Positions 1-10,900 of a stretch of 64,000 nt of DNA are shown here, in pieces. Every line of letters starts with the position of its first letter. Within the stretch, counting starts at the first letter, position 1. The position numbers and the translations under genes were made by a program. The notes under the pieces are model-generated. The model worked only from the letters and a program-made list of their open reading frames with translations, ran no database searches and had not been told where the DNA came from. The stretch spans positions 1,240,001 through 1,304,000 of the forward strand of contig OZ281501.1 in assembly GCA_965637545.1 (NCBI GenBank), in the 5' to 3' direction. This DNA is from Phallusia mammillata (lineage: Eukaryota).

Positions 1-619
1 GACGAATTTCGCCCTTAACAATTTAATACGTTTTATTCCTTCCCAAGCTTCGTAGATGCTAAGCCATATAATAATCATTTAAAATTGTGTTTGTTTTTTT
101 CAACTTTTTCAACTTAACGCATTATATAATAACTAAGATTAGTGGTTTTTAAATAGGAAATATACAGTGCATTTTAAAACAAAATTAAATTAAATTTCTT
201 GTTACTATATTTTAAAACTCTGTCAAAGATTTACGTTAGGCGTTTTGCTTCAAAACAATGTAACTCAGTTGCCGTTCATAATTCTAAAATTAGTGTAATC
301 CATGTTTCATATAATTTTGAATATCTGTATTTAAAACTTATGTAGGTCCAAGTACAGTGTGCATTGTCTGCAGCTGACTTAAAACTATTTAAATAGCCGC
401 ATGAATTCCTTCGCTAACCTCGGGTTTAAAGGAATGTTGGTTGTAAATAACCACACCTCTATTCCAGGCTAATTGGTTGTTATGTATCGTCTTCATGCCA
501 TTATCTGATATGCACTTGTCTGCTTTGGTTTTGAGGATTTCTTGGTTTGTTATCAGTTACCCTTTTGCGGATTGTGAGGAATTCCTTTTGCCGCAAGTAT
601 AATACAAGTGTTTCAGTTG

Positions 620-2335
620 TAAACGAAAACAAAAATGTTTTTCTGACAAGTAAGCTATTTTGGAAATGGTTGCGAATGTCTTTTAGGGAGTTAACAATTA
701 GCAATTACAATCCATCAAACATTCAAACAAAATCGTACTTGTTAAATATTTGTCCATGGAACCTTAAAATCAATCACAATGATCTCTTACTCTGACATAA
801 CTGCCCCTTATTAGTTAAGGAAGTTTAAGGCAATTTTAGCAAAGTTTGTAGTCAGTGTGGCTGCATTGTTTTCGAACCAGGTATAAAATTAGTTTGACTA
901 ACATAGCTTCAATGCCTAAATGTATTTCCAAAACATTTAAGGAGTCGCTTTTGACAAGAGGTTTATGATATTTCACCAGGGTTCATTTTTATTTCAACTA
1001 CCTGAATTGCTGTCTTTGTTTTGAGATTGTTGCAAAAAAACAAGCAATATCAATGATACATTCTTTGTAAGGTTTCATAGAATTGCATTCTAGGTTCGAA
1101 ACAAAAAAAGTGCGAAACTTGTGGAAATATTTGGATCGTTAAGATTCCTTGCTAAGTCAGCTGCAATTGCGCAATCCTCGCATTCTGACGATATCTTCAC
1201 ACTTGTTAATCTTGTTAAGAATGCGGAACACAAATATTGCGGTAACGCCCAAATCGTGCTGCTCAACTGTCGAATTAATCGCTGGTTCACCAAACTGCCA
1301 GTCATATGTAGGCCTATAAGGGCCTGCACATATAACGGAATAACAAAAACAATCTCACAAGGTTTGGGCGAAATCTAGACATCTTCTAAATCTTATGATA
1401 TCTTTAAACGCATGATTTTTGGCAAGTTCTAGTTCATTTTTGATACGTATTGCGTTTTGTGCATATTTACGTTAATATCGGTGATTGTTGTGTGCCTGCT
1501 GCCTCAACAAACATAAATAAACTATAAAAACGACTTCAAAAATTGCGACGATCACTTTACATCGCGTTGAATTTGGTACAAATTTCAACGAAAGCGTTTG
1601 GAATTAAATACGTTTGTAACGTACTGCAAAAGTGGATTCGGATAAATCCTCTTTCCAACAGGACGAGTCCTTTGTTACAACCATCAGATAACAAGTGTTA
1701 TCAGCGAAAAACATCACCCAGTAATGGCCAATTAGTAGGAAGATTCCAAACAGTAACAAACAATGTCCCTTGTAACATCTCAAAGCAATTAGTCACCGAG
1801 ACCAACTCTCTTGTTTCCGCAAGGCTAATCCTTCTAAGCACGTTTGCCCAAGTTTGATTGAAGGTTACAAATACTCCTGTTTAGCTCTGCAGCGCAGTTC
1901 TATCGTGATGAACAACCACAATATACCGCCACTTCTAGCACGGGACACATACTGTTACTCGGTTTGCGGTGAAACGTCGCGTGGTACTGGCTCCATGCGA
2001 CCTCCACTCGGCATTCCTGAAATGTTTAGCGCAAATGCGACCCACCACGTGGCTGCCACTATGTTTTGGAATGCCAACTGTTTCGTTATGTAGCGTTTCT
2101 AAGTGTTTGTCAACCCGCGTTAAGTTGCTCGATGAAATTGTTGTCACGTTTTGGGTACTTGACAATTGTTTGTGATATTGACTCATTTTGAAAAGTTCGG
2201 TCAGAAGAATGTACTGAAGGGGTACAGGGTGGCTTTGGTTTGCAGTGTTTGTGACTGAAATGTATTTCAGATATGCGACTAAGTGCTGTAAAAGTAGTTG
2301 GCTGTATATATAAGCTATTGCTGCCAGCCATAATA
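620..2335 (-). mobile_element. Heavily decayed non-LTR retrotransposon (CR1/L2-like) reverse-transcriptase remnant
   Basis: Minus-strand translation across stops and frameshifts gives motif-like pieces in the order expected for LINE ORF2. These are SHPVPLQYILLTELFKMSQYHKQL (~NYRPISLLxxLSKIFEKxVYxQL), LQGTLFVTVWNLP (~QGSxLGPxLFxxYINDLP), MFFADNTCYL (~LFADDT, ~1690-1715), QHDLGV (~KDLGV, ~1243-1260), FVSNLECNSMKPYK (~VRPxLEYCxxVWxPY) and VNSLKDIR (~WNSLP). Matches are degenerate and judged by eye. Confidence 0.5.
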
Positions 2336-2511
2336 TCAAGTTTGTAGAGCTCTTCTGGCAAATGTAATTTTATTCCGACGTTTCGACGTCCTATACAGGT
2401 CGTCTTCATCAGGGTAAATAACACTGAATGCGACTAGTACAGGGCACGATAAACAAAGGACGTCGAAACGTCGGAATAAAATTACATTTGCCAGAAGAGC
2501 TCTACAAACTT
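2300..2511. mobile_element. Fold-back element derived from a Penelope-like pLTR (family A), carrying a hammerhead motif
   Basis: Perfect 55-bp inverted repeat (2338-2392 / 2457-2511) around a 64-bp spacer. A second copy with the same layout lies at 30909-31090. Confidence 0.8.
2370..2421 (-). ncRNA. Minimal hammerhead ribozyme motif (intact core)
   Basis: Minus strand reads ttatttacc-CTGATGA-a-GACGACCT gtat AGGACGTC-GAAAC-GTC-ggaataa. This gives the CUGAUGA box, an 8-bp helix II with one mismatch, GAAA, palindromic ACGU helix III and a GUC cleavage triplet (cut predicted between 2377/2376). Confidence 0.75.
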
Positions 2512-3000
2512 AAGTAGTTGGCTATGTTTATGCGTTTTCGGTTACTAACAGTGCTTTCTATATGCTTCAAATGATTATCGCCCAGGATTTAAGAATTATA
2601 ACTTGGTTAACGCTGTAAGCACGAACATTTTGCGAATTGTATCACCACAGATTGTCCGAAACCTAAATTAAAATGCGAGCAGTCTAGGAATAACCCAGTT
2701 TCACGACTCATTGCAGGATGGAGTTGTGGCTTAGGTTGCGTGTGAAATTGGCTGGCGACTAATTGAAGCGTGTACACAAAGTAATAGTGCGCTAAGCAAA
2801 AGATAAACACAATCACTTGCTGCTGCCTACCCTGCTTGACAAAGCGTGGCAAAACGTTGCAGAATGATTTCTCTAGGAAACACACGTTGTGGTTTTGCCG
2901 TGTGCCTTGGGTGTGAATTTTACGGTTTGTTGTCATAAGAAGTAATGAAAACGCAGATTGGAATAATTTGAATGTGAATTAGTTCAATAGGTTTGTGTAC

Positions 3001-3002
<2 letters not shown>

Positions 3003-3031
<29 letters not shown>

Positions 3032-3038
3032 CTGTGTG
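3003..3038. repeat. (TG)n microsatellite
   Basis: 14 perfect TG units followed by an interrupted extension. Confidence 0.95.
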
Positions 3039-3675
3039 TTCCCTTGTCATATAATGTAACATATGTAAATAAAATAGACAAATACATAGCTTATTTTTAG
3101 CTGCTTTTAAACTACATGAGTTGGGGTTTTCATTTATATTAGTCCGCCAAATATAGCAGACTGTAAATTCGGGCCTAAATCTAGCTAATGTCAATTAAAA
3201 ACATAGACCTACATGTGATTCAAGAATGAATACGAAATACCCGAGTTGAAAGGCAATAAAGAACAGCCTGATTTAAAACCACAAGGTATTTGCTGAGCCA
3301 GTCTTTCGCGTGTATGTGAACCAGTCAAGCGTTGTTGTTTCCCATTTGTACAAATCACTACATTCAAGATATAATTGACGTCGTAGCATGAAGATGTCCG
3401 TCCTGAACAGCGCACACAACCCGCTGTAGGTTGTTGTCAGTTAAAGTAGCTCTTCCGCTCTGTCAAGAGCATACGGCGTCTGTCATTGACTCAAATAACG
3501 GTCTTTGCCGTTTCCGTCAATGTAAAGTAACCTCGAAGGCCAAGTACTGTATTGTACGTGAACTTCGATTTTTATTTTTATCTGCAACGAAGGGCGGAAC
3601 ACTTGAAATTGTTTTACTTGGCAAAAACTGGTCTTAGAAAATACTGAACAGGCGTTTCGTCCACCAGGTTGCATA

Positions 3676-3815
3676 TTTAACAAATTTGTCGTTCAACTGG
3701 TGTAATGCTAAAAGCAGCTAAACAAAATACTAGTTGTTTTTATCAAGAACTTGCTTGATAAAAACAACTACTATTTTGTTTAGCATTACACCAGTTGAAC
3801 GACATATTTGTTAAA
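3676..3815. repeat. ~140-bp near-perfect palindrome
   Basis: Outer arms tttaacaaatttgtcgttcaactggtgtaatgcta / tagcattacaccagttgaacgacatatttgttaaa. Inner arms ctaaacaaaatactagttgtttttatcaag / cttgataaaaacaactactattttgtttag, with one mismatch in each pair. The outer arm resembles 27742-27776. Confidence 0.9.
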
Positions 3816-4587
3816 CAAAATTGGTCTGTTCCGTTTTCTTAAGAAACAGTGAATGCTAAAATAAAGTCATTGGAATTGTGTCTTAAAAATTCGGAGATTG
3901 GGCTTATACACGTTGCAAAACTGGACAAAATGTGTTTCGCCAGCTAATATTGGTGACTTTTGTTTACAAACATTGTTTTAAGTTAAAGTAATTGCAATTG
4001 TGACGTAAATACTTGGATACAAGGCGTAGAAGGGTTTTTAAAATTAAATAAAATGTTTTCGTCAACTAATTTTCCTTCCAATATTTCCCCTTCGTGACTT
4101 TGTTACATGATTTCAATGGAGAAATGCCGTTCATTTCTCAACTTTCAAATTATCTTTCCCATTCTCAGGTGCCGCCTCGTTCGTGAGTAGTCGTGCGTTT
4201 TCAACCCCATAGTGACGTAAGAAAGCCTGTCGCGTCACTCGAAATCGGAAACTTAACAGCGGTCTCATCCGCTTTTGTCCCCTCTGAACCACAACGTTGC
4301 ACTTTTATTGTCACTGGGGGTTGTGATAGGGGTGAATCGACCCCACTGGGGGGCCCGGACGGAACCCAATTGGATTTGTTTGTGTCGCGTGCGTCTCGCG
4401 TCCTATTGTGACAACATAATGCTCAGTTCGTAAGGTATGCGATTTGTTTCGAGCTGCTAATTAGTCTTTTCCTAAATTATTGCATTATTGCTAACCAGTT
4501 CATAAGTATAAGATTAAAATCATCATCTTTTATGGCAAAATGCCACCGAATGAAAGCATTTCTTGTGATTTAATGACGAAAATAACG

Positions 4588-4665
4588 GCCCCAATAGACG
4601 TAAAAAGCGACATGCTTTATTATTCAAACATTTCGACAAACGCTCATCCCATCATTTCTTGTGAT
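4588..4665 (-). repeat. Family B HHR-type short repeat, degenerate copy
   Basis: aatagacgtaaaaagcgacatgctttattattcaaacatttcgacaaacgctcatcccatcat aligns with 27368-27440, 57585-57660 and the reverse complement of 18165-18240. The catalytic core is mutated. Confidence 0.8.
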
Positions 4666-7600
4666 TTATTACTAAATTCCAAATTTGATTTCCGTTTCTA
4701 GCTGTCATAGAAATAACGCGATGACGTCATCCGAAGCGATAAATCTACCTGCAAGGTATTTCCAAATTGGCGTGTCGCGCCCAGGTGAGCATCACAATGC
4801 TCTGTGTGAGGTCATAAAGACGCGCTTTAGTCTCCACTCAGCCTTCAAACATTCCGCACCAGAAAGTTTCTACCCCCTACTTACTGCGTGAGGGTAAGCG
4901 TGCGTTTGGCCACTTGACTTCAACATTAGTGTCAATTTAAAGTCGTGTGTTGTTAGCATGTTGTCCCAGTACAAACTGCTATTAGTGAAATCGCCTTTCA
5001 ATAACGACACAAAACTCATCTATGCCACCTCCTATGCAGTGGTGTTGATTGATTGATACGAGCCTGCATTCTTAAAGCACGTGTCACCCTGATCAATTCA
5101 ACGTGGTTTTAGAACTTAAATACAGCCACACTTTGGTCAAAAGCGCTATACGTTTCTCCTTTACTTTCAATTGGATAAAATAAAATAGGTTCATAAAACT
5201 TAGGTACACTGTTTTATACAGAAATCCTGGCTATGATTTTTTGATCAAAAGGTTCATAAAAAATAATTTTTGATAAGTTTAGCAAAATGACATGGTTTAC
5301 ATTTTCTAGTACTCGCTGTTTGATCTTGAAAAAATCGAATTGCCTACAATGATTAAACATGGCTTCAATTTTATGTTAGGATAATAGATTAGCATAGCGC
5401 CTGCTTTATAACTGACCTAGTTTAAATTGTCTTATGGTTAAGATCTAACAGAGTTTTCTGCCCGCGAAACTTTAAGTCCATGCAATCAGGCTTTTAACGT
5501 CTACGCTAGATCCAGTAAAAGAGCAATTAAAATCTTTGATTGTGAATCTCTGCACACAAATGAGTTTGTTACAATTTTGTCCCGATTACATGTTGTTTAC
5601 TATCAAATTGTTTGCTACATTTGGATTTAGTTACATTGTAGTTAGGAGTTGTTTTGTTATTGTAACACGGTAGCCTATTTGTTAATAATTTTCATATTTT
5701 GTAAACAAAGTTGCTGTCAGCTATTAGCTACAACGAATTTAATTTCTTCCCGCCCACTCAGGCATAAATAAACTCTCCACAATAACCAATATTACGTCAC
5801 AGGTCGCGCATAATCACAAAGAACTGTTACATTGAAGATATGTGCTGGAGCAATCAGCAGAGCAGCGTGTTTCGCCAAAACCGTGAACTTTTTTGCCCCG
5901 AAAGCGTGCTCGGCGACCAAGCGCGCCTGTTGTGTTGTTTGAGCGTTCACAATTTTAGCGAGTTGGAGCTGACTGGACAGGTTCTTAGGTTAAGATGCAG
6001 AAACAAGTGCAAATCCAGGTTAATAACAGCCTAAAGCCGCCAAGCTTAAATATGTCAACTGGCAAAAGCACATGGAAAGCTTTTGACGTAGGTTTTGGCA
6101 GGTGTGCGGTTTGGCATTTTGTATTTGTTGTTATGTTGCATTTACAGTTAACTCAAGGTTTTAGGCTAGGTTAGCATTTTGCAATAACTTTTTAAATGCC
6201 AGGTAAGGAAGATTTCGAATGTTTTGTGCAACATGAACTGATAGGTTGTACGTTTTTTTAATCCCAGCTAAACATGCTTGCTTTATTGGAATAACTTACT
6301 TTTTTTAATGAATTTGGGCGTTGGAATTTATGATCAAATGATTTTCTGTGTAGTGTTAAAAGTAATGAGAACATTTAATTCAATATATCTTGTATACTAC
6401 ACATGTAATATATGGAACAGAATAGATATTGGTAGTAAGTCAGTCGTATTATCACTTGACATTCAGTGAACGCAAATTTCAACAGGTGAACAAACACAAA
6501 ACACTGACAGCAGTTATTAATCCGAACTGACACAGTCTCGCTTCAACAACACAGCAGGATTTCAGCCTTAAACCACATTGACATTTTCACGCCTAAACTA
6601 TTGTAACGATGACGTTAAATTTAACCCCTACCTTGACTGCTGTTAAATCCATCCGCTTGAGCTATTGTCTATTTTGTTACGCTCTTTGATACGTAAAGTC
6701 AATTGGGGCCTGCCACACCTGCGGCTTGTTACAGTAATTCCGGTAATTTGATTTGTGAAGTGAAAAGGTGAGGTGGAAGCTACACAAACCGCAGGCATAT
6801 TACTGTTAGGGGAGCTACGAAAACCACATTACTGCTAGGGGTTGGTACTGTGTATGCATGGTGTATGAATGTGTGCGTTAAGCTTGTTTGTCAGTGAGCC
6901 CTATTGTACTTGAAATTATTGTTAATTAAAGTGGTTTCTGTTGTAACAAAATAATGTAGTATAGTACTGAATCTGTATACATGGATGAAGGTTTTGAATT
7001 ATGTGTGAGAAAATGTTTGTTTTTTGAATAAGTTTCAGGCTGTGGTGACATTATTCTAAACAATAGCTCGGTGGGAAGCATTGTCGTACTAAAACAAAAG
7101 CGCTACCTCTAACTTAAAAGCAAGTGTAAAAATTTGCAGGCGGCCTTAAACGTTGCAACGAGCAGCGAAAACGTGTCTTTACCTGGTCACGCCTGACTGC
7201 TTTACGCACTTCACGTGACCGAGGGATTATGACAACACAGAGCGTCGTGCGCAAAGTGAAGAGCCCCATCGAGATGAGTCTGAGTTCACACACAGTCCCT
7301 GTTCCGGGCTGTTTAAGAGCAATTGAAACGCATGCGCAGCTGTTTGTCTGCGAAGGAAAGTGCCTGAATTGGTCACTTGTGTGTTTTGGGTAAAGTTTGT
7401 GCTACAGATTTCGTTAAAGCTAAGTTAACAATGATGGGTCGATGTTTTCACACCACGTGGATGTAAGTGTTGCTGTTGAAAATATTCTGTTTAAAACGAC
7501 ACCAAGTACTTCGTTAACGATTTTTAGTGTATTAACTTGTCAACAATAACTCAAAACTTGTTGCTTTGATTTTTAAGATCTTGTGTAGTGTTAAAGAGAT

Positions 7601-9766
7601 CCAGAACCCGTGACCAGGCGTTTTATTAATACATGGTGCCCTTTTTTGCACTGTTGTTTGATACCAGCTAGGTCTGGATGCTTTTAACATTGCTTCGTCC
7701 ATTACCATTGCACTGTTGTAAATAACACCGCTTTTCTCATTTAAATACCGTTAACTAATACTATTTTCTTAGACAAAACATAATCAGTTATCACCGGTTA
7801 AAGTCTTGATGCGTCTAAACACCCCGTTGGTCTTGTTTGTCAAGTGTTGATGCCCCACACGAAATGATTGAATAGATTGTGTGGTTTGCTTCGTGCTCAG
7901 CAGCTGGTCCAACGAATTGCTTGCGAGGTTAAGCACCTTGTCAAAGAAAGCATGTTTCCTTTGGGCACGCGCGTGTCACTTTATCAAAACACAGCGCCGG
8001 ACAGAAGAGGGGCAACATAGAACTACGGGTATTCATTAGTATACAAAGCGCTCCCTGCTAGGGTCCCAGTGTGATGTGATATTGTAAAACTTCCTAATAC
8101 TTCCGTATAATGTGGGTCGCTCAAGTCACAGAAACGCCTTTGTCCAACCCCAGACGTCCGTTGGTTGTGCTAACCTGTGAAAAAAAGAGAGAAAAGAGTT
8201 GTCATTCATTGGGGAAAAGTTTTGACGCCTTACGTCTGCCGCGTTGTTTCAGAGGCATCAGGAATGTGGTGCGTTTATTTGCACAAGTGTACAGGATATA
8301 TAGCTGCCAGTCTAACCTTTGTTTGGGGCGTCCGCGGCCTGACAGATGTGACCAAGGCAACGTTTGGTTTGCTGTTTCGATAAAGAGGCGTTTTAACTCA
8401 CTACGCCCTTACTCAGGATTTCCAGGTGTTTTTGATACTGACGTTATTCACTTAATTTAGTCTCAAGCAGCTGTAGATGTCTTTAAACCCTTGTCACTGA
8501 CAGGAAATGTAGGGGTCTTTGATCAACGTTTATTTGGCAGTTATTAGTTTAGATTACGTAATGGGTTCTTGGAGCCTGATATTTGTTCATCAGCTTTTGA
8601 GGTAAACGACGTTTCGGCATCCAATTTGCAAACCGTTGGTTCTTTCTAGGTTATTCGCAGCAACAGTTTGTATACCTATTCTTGTCGTTTTTCTGTAGAT
8701 TTTCCCGACAAGAATTTTGTGTTGTGATAACATTGCTCGTGGAAAACAACAACCGTCTAACTTTTGTGTGATTTGTTGACGGTTTGCGAGCGTAGTTTGT
8801 GCTTTTCGGTGTTTAGAACTAAGTCATCTTTAATCATTAATCTTAGTGAATGATTTAAGCCTTTATTTAGTCACAAACGCACAGTCAAGGCCACAGTATC
8901 ATGCTTGATTAGATCTTAACGACACGTGGCGAATGTTTAGACCTGAAAACGTTATGACTAACACTCAACCAATGCCCCCAAGTTTACCAAACGTCAAAAA
9001 CGGGCTAAAATTTACTCCTATATTGGCGCAAAAAGATATGAGTCAGCGAAAAAGCGCCATCAGTTAACAATACGAATAATCCGACTTTACTATGAGTCAC
9101 CGTAAGTGAGACTTGTGCTTAGGTTTAGTTTCTGAAGCAAAACGTCTCGAAGACAAATATTTTCGCGCCTGTAGATTTGACAAATTGCAATCAATTACGG
9201 CAGGTATAATACGCTTAACGGTGACAGTTCATTTGTTTGTTGTGATTGATTATGCCGCTGACTCACTCAGCTGAACTTCTACGAGCAAGTCTGCCACCTG
9301 GTACAACTTAAGTTACTGTGTTATGCAGCCAAATATGAACCGGAATGCTTCCAGTTTTTCGGGAAATTTTGTGAGCTTTTCCTGGCATAACAAGTCGCGC
9401 CACTGTAATGTAACCTTTTAAGATTATTATGTGTTTTTCCAAAAGCGTGATACTGTAATAATTTTAATCCGTTTAATTCGTCGTAAAGTAACAACAGGTG
9501 CTGTGTATAAAGTTAATGACACTTCCCCACATAATTTGCATACAGGCACTACGTTTTCGGGAAAACGTTACATAAAATCACATTATAAGGTGTGTATTGT
9601 CCTGCTTAAAGGTGTGTAAACAGCATAAGTATCAACAACTAGAAGGGTGGCTTAGCACATTTTACTATAGCATATACACTACAACCTATTCTGCAAACTG
9701 TAATATATTCTCTATATTTATTTATATTGGGTCCCATATTAGCCAACATTTTTATAATCTTGATTT

Positions 9767-10900
9767 GTTTCTGCAGGCAGAAACTCATGGGTCCCCAAAA
9801 CCGCAAAGTTGTAAACAGACAACCATAAGAAATGGTGCTATAAAGTCAAACACAGTGATTGGTAGTGTTACTTAAAAAAACAAGTTATGTAAAGTACAAA
9901 CTGTCCAAATCTCATGCAATTGAGACATTGTTCTAAGTTTGTGTGCCTAAATAGCATAAAACACTGACATCTCAAAATGGCATATTATACAAACTGTCAA
10001 AATGTATTGTTGATTAATTCACCCATTTTGGGGGGTTGGTAGGGTAAATATTAGGGCTGCAGGGTGGAACACAATATTTGACAGCTACAAATGCCAAATT
10101 CAAAAAACTATCAAAAATTCATCCAAATCGGACGTTTTATAAACAATAGGTGGCTTAAGCAGTAAATATTGGGCTACATGGTGAAACACAATAATCGACG
10201 CCCTAAAATGGAACAATGAACAAACTGTCCAAATTTCATCCAAATCGGACATTGTTTAAAAAATCACCCATTTTAGGGGGCTAGTGGGGTAAATATTGGG
10301 GCTACAGGGTAAAACACAACAAACGATGTCCTAAAATGGCACAATGAACAAACTGTCCAAATTTCATCCAATTCGGACATTGTTTAAAAAATCACCCATT
10401 TTAGGGGGCTAGTGGGGTAAATATTGGGGCTATAGGGTAAAACACAACAAACGATGCCCTAAAATGGAACAATGAACAAACTGTCCAAATTTCATCCAAA
10501 TCGGACATTGTTTAAAAAATCACCCATTTTAGGGGGATAGTGGGGTAAATATTGGGGCTACAGGGTAAAACACAACAAACGATGCCCTAAAATGGCACAA
10601 TGAACAAACTGTCCAAATTTCATCCGATTCGGACATTGTTTAAAAAATCACCCATTTTAGGGGGCTAGTGGGGTAAACACTGGGGCTATCGAGTCAAACA
10701 AAACAAATGGCACATCTACATAACCATATCTACCATCTGTGAAAATTTCATCCAAATCCATCAAACATTTCTTGGCAAAGTGGGGTGGACAAACTTGAGG
10801 GAAGAAGAAAAAAACAAGAAAAAAAAAGAAAAAACAAGAAAACAAAACAAAACAAATCGAGTAAAATCAAAATGTGTCCCCTTCAGGGAAGGGGACCCAT
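9767..10900 (+). mobile_element. Non-autonomous Helentron/HINE (DINE-1-like) element
   Basis: Contains a 5' hairpin gtttctg-cagg-cagaaac (9767-9784) and subterminal inverted repeats atgggtcccc (9787-9796) / ggggacccat (10891-10900). It also has an internal tandem array, an A-rich simple-sequence tract (10799-10856) and a 3' stem-loop gtccccttc-agg-gaaggggac (10876-10896). This order of parts matches described HINEs. Confidence 0.65.
9898..10770. repeat. 128-bp tandem repeat array
   Basis: caaactgtccaaatttcatcc recurs at 10221, 10349, 10477 and 10605 (period exactly 128). About four near-identical units are flanked by more degenerate units from ~9898 and up to ~10770. Confidence 0.95.

Noticed and set aside
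2110-2424. ORFs 2110..2424 and 30990..31250 sharing IGRRNVGIKLHLP as a small protein family
   Set aside because: The shared peptide is just the translation of the family A hammerhead repeat.
7431-7462. Short ATG exon MMGRCFHTTW with a GTAAGT donor, resembling an N-acylation start
   Set aside because: The phase-2 donor does not fit the phase-0 acceptor at 27997. Joining it to acceptors at 13091 or 23327 gives early stops.
8580-8625. GAAAC-GTC...CTGATGA on the minus strand (permuted hammerhead order)
   Set aside because: Helices I and II cannot be paired convincingly.
9898-10770. CRISPR-like array
   Set aside because: The units are contiguous 128-bp copies with no unique spacers, the context is eukaryotic and there are no cas genes.
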